DNA of 57,308 bases from contig JABHVE010000016.1 in NCBI GenBank assembly GCA_018658465.1, forward strand, positions 1 to 57,308, given 5' to 3'. A model generated the notes under the pieces. The model saw nothing but the letters and a program-made list of their open reading frames with translations. It was not told the origin of the DNA and searched no databases. This document shows, piece after piece, positions 26,067 to 35,667 of this stretch; position 1 is the stretch's first letter; each line of letters begins with the position of its first letter. This DNA is from Alphaproteobacteria bacterium. GTDB taxonomy: Bacteria; Pseudomonadota; Alphaproteobacteria; UBA2966; CAIVPW01. The position numbers and the translations under genes were made by a program.

Positions 26067-26939
26067 TCACTCCGAGAAGTAGGCACCGCATAAATCCAGG
26101 TACTCTGCAATGGGGACGACAAAGAATGCCTCGGCAAATCGCCCACTTCCATTTGCCAAAAACCGCGAATTATAGGCGTTCAGACCCGCAGAAAAGTGGG
26201 CCCAGTCTCGGGATTTCATGGCGCTATTTTTCCACCCGGAAATCGCCGCAGATTTTTCCTGGATTACGTCCGTGATATCAACCACGATATTGGGAATGAC
26301 GGCAGAATAGACTTGATACGCCCAAACTTCAGGTGCGCATTTTAGTGCCCCATCAGCCTCTGCTTTCCACAGTAGCTGGCTGGCCTTTCGGTGATCTTGG
26401 TGGTCGTCAGAAATGAATGGGATAAAAACCGTTGTTGGCTTAGCTAAGTTGATGCAGGTCGCAAGAATTGCTGCGGCTTCGCTGGAAACCGGCAGATCAT
26501 CCGATGGATATTGTAGGAATTCTGTGGTGTAACCAACCTTCTGCGCGACCTCCAGCGCTTCTGCATGCCGCACCTTTCCGGGCGGCGTATCATCATCAGT
26601 GAGATACACCACATGAACCGACGCTCCGTCATTCAACGACTTGATCAATGTTCCCCCGGGGCCAATTATTTCGTCGTCGGCATGGGGGGCGACAACCAAA
26701 ATGCGCTTACCCATCGGACGGTCCATGACAAGTGGCTGAAGATTTTGGGTGTGGCGGGTGCTGGCAATCGCGTCGGCGAGGCGGCCTAAATCCCCAAGCT
26801 CGCGCCATTCGCGCATGACAAACTTATGGGCGCGGCGGCCCATAACAAATCGCTCAACGTAGCGCGCAATCTTGGATGGAATTGACATAGCTTCAGAAGG
26901 CGTTGGAACTTCACAGTATTGGGGGCCTCCAGCCTTCAA
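26067..26939 (-). CDS. PIG-L/LmbE-family N-deacetylase
   Basis: ILVVAPHADDEIIGPGGTL is the PIG-L zinc-site motif and a downstream HQDH is present. The probable start is M at 26888 (MSIPSKI). Confidence 0.85.
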   Translation of the reverse strand: MKAGGPQYCEVPTPSEAMSIPSKIARYVERFVMGRRAHKFVMREWRELGDLGRLADAIASTRHTQNLQPLVMDRPMGKRILVVAPHADDEIIGPGGTLIKSLNDGASVHVVYLTDDDTPPGKVRHAEALEVAQKVGYTTEFLQYPSDDLPVSSEAAAILATCINLAKPTTVFIPFISDDHQDHRKASQLLWKAEADGALKCAPEVWAYQVYSAVIPNIVVDITDVIQEKSAAISGWKNSAMKSRDWAHFSAGLNAYNSRFLANGSGRFAEAFFVVPIAEYLDLCGAYFSE

Positions 26940-26993
26940 TTGTCAAGGTGGACCCCATACAGCAATCGACTCGGATTTGATCAGGACATTGGA

Positions 26994-27878
26994 ATGCAGG
27001 TAATTTATACGGCGACGCTAGGCCGCAATGGGTCTCAAAACCTGGTCGACACGTTCAACCGGCTTGGTGTTGATTGTATTGGCGAGCACGAGCCCCCCGA
27101 TTTGCCAATGCGTCAACTTGGCCACCGCCCGTTTTTTCGCAAGCGTGGCTGGCTTGGGCCCGCCAGCCGCGTCGCGTATTTTGGCCAAAGTTTTCAAAGG
27201 AAATTTTTTGCACCGGACGAACTGATGGGCCGGGGACAGGCGTTGGAATGGGTCGAGCATGGAAACACCGCAAGGCTCGCGGACCTTGCGCGCAGGCGCG
27301 TGCAACGTTTGGAGCGATTTAAGCGACGAGGCTTCAAGCATTATCTGGAGGCCGGTCCGTACTTCCTTCGCACCTATGGGCGGCAAACCCATCAGCTGAT
27401 CCCAGATCTAAAATTGGTGAAGTTGACCAGGGATCCGTTGCAGAATGCCAAAAGCTTCGTCAACCGTGGCAAGGATCCATTCCGCATCAGTTTGCGTCCG
27501 GATCGCCATGGCAACATTTTCCAGCTGAGGGGCTGGGAATCGTTGTCCGAATTTCAATTGTATGTGTATCTGTGGATTGAAACAGAATTGAAATTTGCTG
27601 ACTTTGTCGCCAACCATTCGGTAAATGGGATTTTTTCGATCGAGACTTCCCAATTGTCCGACCCAAATCGAATCACCGAGCTGTTCGAGTTTTTTGGAAT
27701 CGAGCATCGGTCGATGGACGGGCTTGCAGCAACGAACCGCGCAGAAGAACATAATCGGCCAAGAACAACGGTGACACCCGAAGACGTCGACGCGTTCAAT
27801 GCAGTCATAGATCTGGTTCCACCTGCACTGCTGGATCAAATCGAATTTTTGAAAGACTACACACCGGTGTCCGAATAG
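26994..27878 (+). CDS. Putative sulfotransferase-like protein
   Basis: An N-terminal ATLGRNGSQNL loop resembles the 5'-PSB loop and LVKLTRDPLQNAKSF resembles the 3'-PB RDPxxxxxS motif of sulfotransferases. A PAPS-synthesis operon lies 4 kb away. The call is weak and rests on motifs only. Confidence 0.4.
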   Translation: MQVIYTATLGRNGSQNLVDTFNRLGVDCIGEHEPPDLPMRQLGHRPFFRKRGWLGPASRVAYFGQSFQRKFFAPDELMGRGQALEWVEHGNTARLADLARRRVQRLERFKRRGFKHYLEAGPYFLRTYGRQTHQLIPDLKLVKLTRDPLQNAKSFVNRGKDPFRISLRPDRHGNIFQLRGWESLSEFQLYVYLWIETELKFADFVANHSVNGIFSIETSQLSDPNRITELFEFFGIEHRSMDGLAATNRAEEHNRPRTTVTPEDVDAFNAVIDLVPPALLDQIEFLKDYTPVSE

Positions 27879-27921
27879 CCATGACCCAACTAAATACTAG
27901 GTTTTCCAGGCCTCCGTTGGC

Positions 27922-28935
27922 ATGACGGGTTCCAATCAAATGTTTGCAGGATCGGCGGACTTGGGTCGGGTCCTCACATCGCTGCCCATGACTTGCCTGG
28001 ATGTCGGAGCTCGGCTGGGATTTACCGAGGATCTGCTTCCGCTTGCGCCAATGGTTGATGCCGTTGGCTTTGAACCGGATGTCGAGGAATGCGAGCGTTT
28101 GAACGCCCAGGCGTCGACGGGAGGCCACCCGTGGCGAAGCCTTCGCTATTTGTCCACGGCCTTGGGCCCTGCCGGACAAAACCAAGTTCTGAATCTGTAC
28201 AGGCAACGCGGATGTTCGTCGCTGCTGACCGCAGATAAACCTCTTGCTGATCGATTTTCGCGCGGCGATTATTTCGAATTGGATGCCACTGTTCCCCTTG
28301 CAACACAGCCCCTTGATGACGTTGCCCAGGATCATGATTTTGCCAATGCCGTATTTCTCAAAATCGATGTTCAGGGATTTGAGGCCGAGGTATTTAAGTC
28401 CGGAGCCCAGTTGCTTGGGGGTTCTCTTTTGGCAATCAGAGCCGAGGTCTCCTTCATCCCCATTTACCAGGGCCAACCACTTTTCGGAGATATTGCGGAA
28501 CATTTGCGCCAGTACAATTTTATCCCGATGGGCTTCGAAGAACTGCATCATTGGCGGCGAAGCACCAAGGTGAAGCATCCGCGTTTGGCACCAGGGCCAA
28601 CGCCTTATTCCCGTGGCCAAATGATTCACGGGGATGTGGTCTTTTTTCGCGACCCAGAAACAATGGCCGACAATTCTCCCGACGAAATCGACGCAATGTT
28701 GAAGTCCGCCTTTTTGGCTTTGGCCTATGAATATGTTGACCATGCAGCGGCAATCTTTTCGCGACCAAATGTAGCGCGCGCCCTGACTGAGAGATTTGGG
28801 ATTGATCCCGAAACTGCCATTTCCGACGTATCACAGAACATGGCGCGTCGTGCGGCGGCGCGCGGGCGAATCAGTCGGTGGCAAGATCTCCGAGGCCGCG
28901 TAAAAGATCGAATTGGAAATTTGGGCGCGACATAG
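27922..28935 (+). CDS. FkbM-family methyltransferase
   Basis: CLDVGARLG and FLKIDVQGFEAEVFKSG match the Methyltransf_21/FkbM signature. Confidence 0.8.
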   Translation: MTGSNQMFAGSADLGRVLTSLPMTCLDVGARLGFTEDLLPLAPMVDAVGFEPDVEECERLNAQASTGGHPWRSLRYLSTALGPAGQNQVLNLYRQRGCSSLLTADKPLADRFSRGDYFELDATVPLATQPLDDVAQDHDFANAVFLKIDVQGFEAEVFKSGAQLLGGSLLAIRAEVSFIPIYQGQPLFGDIAEHLRQYNFIPMGFEELHHWRRSTKVKHPRLAPGPTPYSRGQMIHGDVVFFRDPETMADNSPDEIDAMLKSAFLALAYEYVDHAAAIFSRPNVARALTERFGIDPETAISDVSQNMARRAAARGRISRWQDLRGRVKDRIGNLGAT

Positions 28936-28942
28936 GGCTCCG

Positions 28943-30067
28943 ATGCCGATCCGAGTTTGTTTTCCATTTGTCGGTGATTCAGTCGGCGGCAGCCACATCG
29001 CGACAGCACTACTGATCAAGAATTTCGACCCCAATTTTGTGGAGCCTGTGGTCGTGGTGCACCAACCCGGCCCCCTTTGTGAATATTTGGACCACATTGA
29101 AATCCCATACAAATTGGTCCCAATGACCGTTTTCGCGGGTGCCCGGCCGTCAATTCCCCATATCGCATTTTCACAAGTACGTGCCCTGCGCCGATTGGCG
29201 GGGATCGTTCGCAACAACGGCATCAACATCGTCCATACAAACGATTTGCGCATGCATCTGACGTGGGCACCTGCTGCCCGTGCGGGTCGTGCAAAATTTT
29301 TGTGGCACCAACACGTTTTGCTTTCACCCTCTCGCATGTGGAACCTGCTGGCCATGATCGCTAATCGATCGATTTGCGTATCAGAGGCTGTGCGCCGGAC
29401 GATGCCCAAATCCGTTGAGGTGGATATCTTCCTTAATCCTTTGGATTTTTCAGCGTCGGCCGATCTTCGAGATCGAAAACCCGAATTAGTTCAAGATTTG
29501 GCGCTGGATCCGAATTGCCGATTGGTCGGGTATGTGGGGAACATGACCCAGCAAAAACGACCCAATATGTTTATCCGTGCCGCAGAAAAAATTGCCAGGG
29601 ATTCCGCCCAACCCATTGCCTTTTTGATGATTGGCGACGACCGTGGAGGGCAGCGGGCTGCCTCGGAGCAATTGGCCAAAGACCTAGGGATCGCCGATCA
29701 AATTCATTTTCTTGGCCACCGATCACCGATCGAACAATGGCTGGCTCCCATGGATTTGGTATTGGCCCCGGGGGTGGGCGACGGATTTGGCCGCACGCTG
29801 ATCGAAGCCATGGCTGCGTCAACTCCGGTGGTGGCGGTGAATTCCGGGGGCCATCCCGAAATTATCGACGACCGGAAAACAGGCATCCTGGTCCCGCCCG
29901 ATGACCCGGACTCTATGGCTGCAGCGGCTTTGGAGGTGCTGGGTAACCCAGATCTTGGGGGAATCCTGGCGTCCGCGGGGCATTCGTATGCCACAGCGAC
30001 CTTTCTCCCGGCGCCAATCGCAGCCCAAGTTTCCGCGCTTTATCGTCAGATGGTGGGGGGTCACTAG
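28943..30067 (+). CDS. Glycosyltransferase family 4 (GT-B)
   Basis: Carries the EX7E-type C-terminal motif GDGFGRTLIEAMAASTPVVAVNSGGHPEIIDDRKTGILVPPDD. ATG 28943 (MPIRVCFPFVGDSVGGSH) is preferred over the track start at 28913. Confidence 0.9.
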   Translation: MPIRVCFPFVGDSVGGSHIATALLIKNFDPNFVEPVVVVHQPGPLCEYLDHIEIPYKLVPMTVFAGARPSIPHIAFSQVRALRRLAGIVRNNGINIVHTNDLRMHLTWAPAARAGRAKFLWHQHVLLSPSRMWNLLAMIANRSICVSEAVRRTMPKSVEVDIFLNPLDFSASADLRDRKPELVQDLALDPNCRLVGYVGNMTQQKRPNMFIRAAEKIARDSAQPIAFLMIGDDRGGQRAASEQLAKDLGIADQIHFLGHRSPIEQWLAPMDLVLAPGVGDGFGRTLIEAMAASTPVVAVNSGGHPEIIDDRKTGILVPPDDPDSMAAAALEVLGNPDLGGILASAGHSYATATFLPAPIAAQVSALYRQMVGGH

Positions 30068-30230
30068 AAGCGTCTTGCAAGCCACACCAGAAGGGGAGTT
30101 AGTGACATTAAAGCCACATTCCTGGGCCTTGCCGTTCCATTCTAAATATCGTTAAATATAGCAGCCACGCCTTTGAGGCAGCGGCACGGAATTATTGTTT
30201 TCGGCGGCACGGATTTTAGGAGTGACACGG

Positions 30231-30683
30231 ATGTTTAAAAGATTGGGTTGGGCAGCATTGCTGGTCACGTTTTTCGCGGCACCGGCTATGGCACAGGGCG
30301 GGTTTCTTTGTGGGGCCCAGGGTGCCGGCGGAATTGGTGATATCGGCTGCGATGGGACGCTATTACCAGCCACCCAGTTGTTGGCAGATGCACCGGCCAC
30401 AACCACCCTTAACGTGGACATCACCATCGAAGTCCTTGTCGACGCGGACACTGGCAACCTTTGGACCGGTCTTGCTGGGATTGACCCGATTGCAAACCCA
30501 GTGATTGGCAACCGTGGGCCGAATGCTCAGGACCTGATTGATGCTGCAAATGCAATTCAAAATATGGAAGCGCTAGCGGACCAAGCAGCGGGCGCCGCGC
30601 TACGGTTGGAAATCGAAAGAAACATTGCGTGTGCTGGGGTTCCGTTGAACCTTCGACACATTCTTTGTCCAAAAATACTTTAG
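30231..30683 (+). CDS. Secreted hypothetical protein (150 aa, 4 Cys)
   Basis: ATG 30231 yields a signal peptide, MFKRLGWAALLVTFFAAPAMAQ. I recognised no family. A strong terminator follows. Confidence 0.5.
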   Translation: MFKRLGWAALLVTFFAAPAMAQGGFLCGAQGAGGIGDIGCDGTLLPATQLLADAPATTTLNVDITIEVLVDADTGNLWTGLAGIDPIANPVIGNRGPNAQDLIDAANAIQNMEALADQAAGAALRLEIERNIACAGVPLNLRHILCPKIL

Positions 30684-30725
30684 CGCGAAGCGCGAACGCC
30701 GCGCATACGACCTGATCTAAAGTTA

Positions 30726-30765
30726 TTGGCCCGGAGCAATCTTCGCTCCGGGCCAATTTCGTTTC
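30726..30765 (+). terminator. Rho-independent terminator between convergent genes
   Basis: A perfect 12-bp stem, TTGGCCCGGAGC (30726-30737) paired with GCTCCGGGCCAA (30745-30756), with a 7-nt loop and then TTTCGTTTC. Confidence 0.8.
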
Positions 30766-30833
30766 ATTCGTTCCCTGTGATTGATGAGTTGGCGCACTCT
30801 CGCGGGTACTCTTGAGACACTGGCCCCCCGATA

Positions 30834-31619
30834 CTACCGATTAGGCGCCACATATAGAGTGTTGTAGTCAGCCGCCAACGCCCGCGCCTCGATCAAGGAA
30901 TCCGGCGACATCCCGGCCGCCGCGATTTCCCTATTTTCTGCCGCCGCTGCATTGCCTTGGTCAGCAGCAACGCTGAACCAAGCGTACGCTTGAATAGTGT
31001 CCTGGGGCACGCCAAGTCCTGCACCGTATAGGCCGCCCAGATTGTTTTGAGCTTCTGACATTCCTTGCTCTGCCGCAAGCCGGTACCAAATAGCGCCCAG
31101 GGAAAGATCTGGCGTTTCGCCCAACAAGGCCACGCAATTCCTGGGCACAACCGCCGCGCATGTGACGGCGGGATCGTTTATGTACAAAATTGCCAAGCTG
31201 AATTGTGCGGTTGGGTCGCCCTGGCGGGCCGCAAGAACGTACCACTTGGCTGCTTGAAGGGTGTCAGCCGGAACCCCCAATCCACCCTGGTACATTTTTC
31301 CCTGATGGTATTGAGCCAATGCGTGCCCTTGGTCTGCCGCACGTTCGTACCAACGCAGGGCAGTCCCGAAATCCTGCTGAACGCCCTCGCCCTCCTCCAC
31401 CATGTACCCCATTGCAAATTGTGCAGCCGCATTGCCTCGGATCGCCAAAGGAGACCAAAAACTAGTTGCGGTCTCGTAATCCCCTGCCTGATAGGCGTCG
31501 CTTGCAGACTGAAGCATCCTGGAAACTTCGGAAGCAGAAATTCGAGAGGTGTAAAAACTTGCGCAGCCCGCGAGAAATACAAGAGCGCCAAAAATTCCAG
31601 CGTAGTGTTTGAATTTCAT
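30834..31619 (-). CDS. Sel1-repeat (SLR/TPR-like) lipoprotein
   Basis: A lipobox (VFLAGCAS) followed by at least five Sel1-type repeats (AQFAMGYMVEEGEGVQQDFGTALRWYERAADQGHALAQYHQGKMYQGGLGVPAD...). Confidence 0.85.
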   Translation of the reverse strand: MKFKHYAGIFGALVFLAGCASFYTSRISASEVSRMLQSASDAYQAGDYETATSFWSPLAIRGNAAAQFAMGYMVEEGEGVQQDFGTALRWYERAADQGHALAQYHQGKMYQGGLGVPADTLQAAKWYVLAARQGDPTAQFSLAILYINDPAVTCAAVVPRNCVALLGETPDLSLGAIWYRLAAEQGMSEAQNNLGGLYGAGLGVPQDTIQAYAWFSVAADQGNAAAAENREIAAAGMSPDSLIEARALAADYNTLYVAPNR

Positions 31620-31718
31620 TTTTCTAGGCTCCCCAGAATTTTTTGATCGATTTGCAGCGCTTTTTCTTGCCTAGCAAGGGCGGCACCAGATCCCACGGAA
31701 GTCAGGTAAGCCCAGGTC

Positions 31719-33632
31719 CTATCGCCCACCGGCATTCGAGGTTTCCGTAACGTCACTTGTCGTCCCGGAATCGAACCGGCCGCGCACGTATTCCACCATG
31801 CTTTCCACACTGGCTTCCACGTCCAAAACCATGGTGTCGACCTCCAAATCTGGCTGATCCGGAGCTTCGTAGGGTGCTGAAATCCCTGTGAATTCTGCAA
31901 TTTCGCCGGCCCGAGCCTTGGCGTACAGGCCCTTTGGGTCCCGGGTTTCGCAGGTGGCCAGATCTGCCTTCACATAGATCTCGTGGTATCGATCGCCGGT
32001 CGCCCTGCGGGCGCGGTCGCGGTCGGATCGGTACGGGGAAATGAACGCGGTAATCACCACCAGCCCAGACCGACTCATCAGGGCCGCGACTTCGCCGACC
32101 CGGCGAATGTTTTCCGCTCTCTCTTCTGGGGCAAAACCCAAATCGGCGTTTAACCCGTGACGGACGTTGTCGCCATCCAGCACATAGACTTGGTATCCCA
32201 GATTAAACAGCCGCCGTTCTAGCGCCACGGCCAACGTCGATTTGCCCGATCCGGACAATCCGGTTAGCCACAGGACGCCGCCCACATGGCCATTCCGCCT
32301 GGCCCGAGCGTCTGCCGAAATCGCATGCTCAACACGCTGGATATTGCTGGCGCGCACGGTGGTGAGTTGCCGCTGATCGGCGTAGCCATCCATGGAAATG
32401 ATGCCACCGCCAGCGATGGTATATCCGTCCAACAGCACGAACCGGCCACTGGACGGCACATCGATAAATTCGTCGATGGCGAGCATGCGGTCTGATTGCA
32501 AGACCACCTCAGCTACACCGTTGCGTTCCACCTGATCCGAAGGTGCTGTGGATAAATCGCCAGTGTCGATCACATGTTCAATAGATTGGACCCGAACTTC
32601 TGCCTCGGCGGTGTTCAGCTTTATGGTGTACCGATTGCCTGGGGACAAATCCCTTTCCCCCAGCCAAAAAATCCGGGCGCGAAACACGTCGGTTTCGATG
32701 GGTGGATCGGCTTCGTGGCTGACAACTTCGCCCCGTTCGACAAAAATTTGATCTTCTAGGGTAAAGCCAATGCTGTGCCCCGCGGGTGCCTCCATAGGCG
32801 GCCGATTGGCATTCCAGGCTTCAATGGACCGAATTTTTCCGGTCTTATTCGATGGCGAAAACAACACCGTATCGCCAACCCGGAGCATCCCGGATTCAAT
32901 CCGGCCAGCGATGATCCGCCGATCATCAAACCGATACACGTCCTGGACCGGCATGCGCAGGGGTAGGCCTTCTGGCTGGGTCACCACTTGGAAATGATCA
33001 AAGGCATCCAAGACCGTCGGCCCGTCGTACCATTCCATGGCCGATGACCGGGTGGCCACATTGTCCCCTTCCCGCGCCGAAACCGGAATGATGTGGGTGG
33101 CTGTCACGCCGATTTCTGACAGGTAGGCGTTGTATTCCTTTTCGATGGCTTCGAACCGGCCTTGATCGTAGGCCACCAAATCCATTTTGTTGACGGCCAC
33201 GGTCACTTGGCGGACCCCAAGCAGGTGCAGCAGGTAGCCGTGGCGGCGGGATTGCTCTTTGACCCCTTCGTCGGCGTCGATAATCAGCAATGCTGCATCC
33301 CCGGCCGCGGCGCCGGTGATCATATTTTTCAAAAATTCTTTGTGGCCCGGGGCATCGATGATGACGTATTGACGGCGCGCCGTGCTGAACCAAATTTGTG
33401 AGGTGTCGATGGTGATCCCCTGGTCCCGTTCGGCTTGCAGAGCATCCATCAAAAACGCCCATTCGAATGGAACACCGCGACGCTCGCAGATTGCCTGGAT
33501 TGATTCCAGCTTGCCATCGGGAAGGCTGCCGGTATCGTGCAAAAGCCGACCCACCAACGTGGATTTACCGTGGTCCACGTGACCAACGATGGCGACCTTC
33601 AAGGTCTCGGCAGATGGATCCGTCACATCCAT
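31719..33632 (-). CDS. cysNC: Bifunctional sulfate adenylyltransferase subunit 1 / adenylylsulfate kinase (CysN-CysC, NodQ-like)
   Basis: GTPase motifs [20 protein letters not shown] and NKMD in the N-terminal part. The C-terminal APS kinase has the P-loop [13 protein letters not shown] and [10 protein letters not shown]. Confidence 0.95.
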   Translation of the reverse strand: MDVTDPSAETLKVAIVGHVDHGKSTLVGRLLHDTGSLPDGKLESIQAICERRGVPFEWAFLMDALQAERDQGITIDTSQIWFSTARRQYVIIDAPGHKEFLKNMITGAAAGDAALLIIDADEGVKEQSRRHGYLLHLLGVRQVTVAVNKMDLVAYDQGRFEAIEKEYNAYLSEIGVTATHIIPVSAREGDNVATRSSAMEWYDGPTVLDAFDHFQVVTQPEGLPLRMPVQDVYRFDDRRIIAGRIESGMLRVGDTVLFSPSNKTGKIRSIEAWNANRPPMEAPAGHSIGFTLEDQIFVERGEVVSHEADPPIETDVFRARIFWLGERDLSPGNRYTIKLNTAEAEVRVQSIEHVIDTGDLSTAPSDQVERNGVAEVVLQSDRMLAIDEFIDVPSSGRFVLLDGYTIAGGGIISMDGYADQRQLTTVRASNIQRVEHAISADARARRNGHVGGVLWLTGLSGSGKSTLAVALERRLFNLGYQVYVLDGDNVRHGLNADLGFAPEERAENIRRVGEVAALMSRSGLVVITAFISPYRSDRDRARRATGDRYHEIYVKADLATCETRDPKGLYAKARAGEIAEFTGISAPYEAPDQPDLEVDTMVLDVEASVESMVEYVRGRFDSGTTSDVTETSNAGGR

Positions 33633-33635
33633 CGC

Positions 33636-34430
33636 CTACATGTACCCGTCAGCGCGCAGACGCTCGAAAGCGTCTTCAGACTCGTGATCCATGGCCCGGC
33701 CCTGGCGTTCCGCAATCTTTGTGGTTTCCAGCTCGGTGATGATTTCTTCGATGGTTGAGGCATCTGATGTCACCGGAGACGTGATGTCTTCGTCGCCTAA
33801 GGACCGATACCGTCGCCCGTCCTTCGAGAAATACAGGCTCACCGTTGGGATGCCTTCTCGCTGGGTATAGCGCCAGATGTCGATTTCGGTCCAATGCAAC
33901 AGGGGATGGATGCGCAAATGGGTGTTGGGTGGGAAATCCGTATTGAATTGCCCCCAGAATTCCGGTGGCTGGTCCTTGGAATCCCAAACCCCTGCCCCCG
34001 ATCGCGGCGAGAAATACCGCTCCTTTGCTCGGGTGCCTTCTTCGTCCCTGCGAATCCCTGCGAAAATTCCTTCCCACTTCTGGGCTTCTAGCATCGTTTT
34101 CAGGCCAGCGGTTTTCCGCGCCGCGGACCGCGCCGCAGGTGGTAAGGATTCATCCATGTCTTCCACCGGCGGGCAGTCGCCGCTAACGAAATTCAGGCCC
34201 CACTCCTCCACATAGCGGTCGCGGAATTCGTACATTTCCTTGAACTTTTTGCCCGTATCAATGTGCACGGCGGGAAAAGGAATGTTGCCGAAAAAGGCTT
34301 TGCGCGCCAACCAAACCATGACGTTGGAATCTTTGCCCAATGACCACAGCATGGCGATATTGCCAATGCGATTGAACGCTTCGCGGAAGATGTAAATGCT
34401 CTGGCTTTCCAGGGCGTCGAGATGGTCCAT
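33636..34430 (-). CDS. cysD: Sulfate adenylyltransferase subunit 2 (CysD, NodP-like)
   Basis: PAPS-reductase-fold motifs are present: MLWSLGKDSNVM, HIDTGKKFKEMYEFRD, GIRRDEEGTRAKERYFSPR and HPLLHWTEIDIWRY. Its stop lies 3 nt before the cysNC ATG. Confidence 0.95.
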   Translation of the reverse strand: MDHLDALESQSIYIFREAFNRIGNIAMLWSLGKDSNVMVWLARKAFFGNIPFPAVHIDTGKKFKEMYEFRDRYVEEWGLNFVSGDCPPVEDMDESLPPAARSAARKTAGLKTMLEAQKWEGIFAGIRRDEEGTRAKERYFSPRSGAGVWDSKDQPPEFWGQFNTDFPPNTHLRIHPLLHWTEIDIWRYTQREGIPTVSLYFSKDGRRYRSLGDEDITSPVTSDASTIEEIITELETTKIAERQGRAMDHESEDAFERLRADGYM

Positions 34431-34499
34431 GGTGCCGCTTTCGACTAGGTTTCGGGCCGCTGCGCTTGGCCGGTAATGAACCTGTATGGGCCCAATCTG

Positions 34500-35657
34500 T
34501 CAAGGACCGGAGCCGGGATTTCTGAGGTCCGCGACCTCGCGCCACACCGTCTGGAAGGCATTGACCATGCTCTGAATGCTAAAAGACTCTTCGACCCTCT
34601 TTCGCGCCAGAGCCCCTAGCTGCTGGCGCTGTGGACCGCCCAGTTCTATCAGCGAGGACAGAGCGCCACCCAGAGCTTCAGGATCCTTCGGCGGGACGAC
34701 GCGTCCTGTATCGCCAACCAGGGACGCGGTGTCACCCACATTGGTGACGGCGCACGGGACACCGCACGCCATCATTTCACCGACGACGTTTGGGAAGCCC
34801 TCCCCCATCGATGAAAGGCACCCCACATCGAATGCAGCCGCCAATCGCGGGATGTCCGATCGGTGACCCAGTAAATGGCAAACGCCTTTGAGCCCTGCCG
34901 CGTCGATTAGATCCATCAGACCCCGGTTGTTCTGATCAACATCCAAGCCCACCATGACAAATTGGACGTCTGGGTGTTGGCGATGAATATTGGCCGCAGC
35001 ACCGACAAAATTGGCGTAATCCTTTTGCGGGTTGTACCGAGCAAGAATCCCCACCAAGACAGTGTCGTCGGATATTCCCAATTCCCGGCGCACTGACCCT
35101 CGGGTGCCTTCGTCTGGGCGGAATACGTCTGTGTCGAAGCCATTTGGAATGACTTGGGCGATTTCGTCGGCATAGGCGACCGCCCGATGGGCCTGGCGCG
35201 AGATTTCGGAATTGAAAACTATTCTGGTTGCCAGCCGACCCGACAGACGTCCGCCGATTTTGGCCACAAGGGCCGTCCGTGTCGGCACACTTTCATGATC
35301 AAGATTGGTTTGCCGAACCCCCCAGATGACGGGGCGACGTCCAGCCAACAATGCGGCAACACCGCCAATCAAATTTGAGTGATACATCCAGGTTTGAACA
35401 ACATCCGCCCCGGTCGCCCGGATTATGTTGGCCAAACGCAAGGCCCGAAAGGGATTTGGAAATGGCCCGGTACGACCAAGGCCCAAGCTTATGGTTGTAA
35501 CGCCAAGATCATTCAAATCCCCAGCGATCGGGCCAAGATCCGTGAGGGACACCACATGAGATCGGAATTCAGATCGATCGCCCGCGGTCAACAACCGCAG
35601 CAGAACGGTTTCCGCGCCACCGGTATCCAAGGAGTTGATGACGTGAACAATTTCCAA
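34500..35657 (-). CDS. Glycosyltransferase family 4 (GT-B)
   Basis: N-terminus IVHVINSLDTGGAETVLLRL and C-terminal SSMGEGFPNVVGEMMACGVPCAVTNVGDTASLVGDTGRVVPPKD. Confidence 0.9.
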   Translation of the reverse strand: MEIVHVINSLDTGGAETVLLRLLTAGDRSEFRSHVVSLTDLGPIAGDLNDLGVTTISLGLGRTGPFPNPFRALRLANIIRATGADVVQTWMYHSNLIGGVAALLAGRRPVIWGVRQTNLDHESVPTRTALVAKIGGRLSGRLATRIVFNSEISRQAHRAVAYADEIAQVIPNGFDTDVFRPDEGTRGSVRRELGISDDTVLVGILARYNPQKDYANFVGAAANIHRQHPDVQFVMVGLDVDQNNRGLMDLIDAAGLKGVCHLLGHRSDIPRLAAAFDVGCLSSMGEGFPNVVGEMMACGVPCAVTNVGDTASLVGDTGRVVPPKDPEALGGALSSLIELGGPQRQQLGALARKRVEESFSIQSMVNAFQTVWREVADLRNPGSGP

Positions 35658-35667
35658 ATCCGGCGCC

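Noticed and set aside
16663-27878. SxtJ/SxtK-like proteins plus a carbamoyltransferase plus a sulfotransferase-like protein as a saxitoxin-type toxin cluster.
   Set aside because: None of the core saxitoxin enzymes is present (no polyketide-like SxtA, no amidinotransferase, no cyclases). The context is sugar-activating and export genes.
30684-30725. A GC-rich mini-palindrome (GCGCG...CGCGC) just after the secreted-protein gene.
   Set aside because: It has only a 5-bp stem, and the strong 12-bp terminator immediately downstream (30726-30765) overshadows it.
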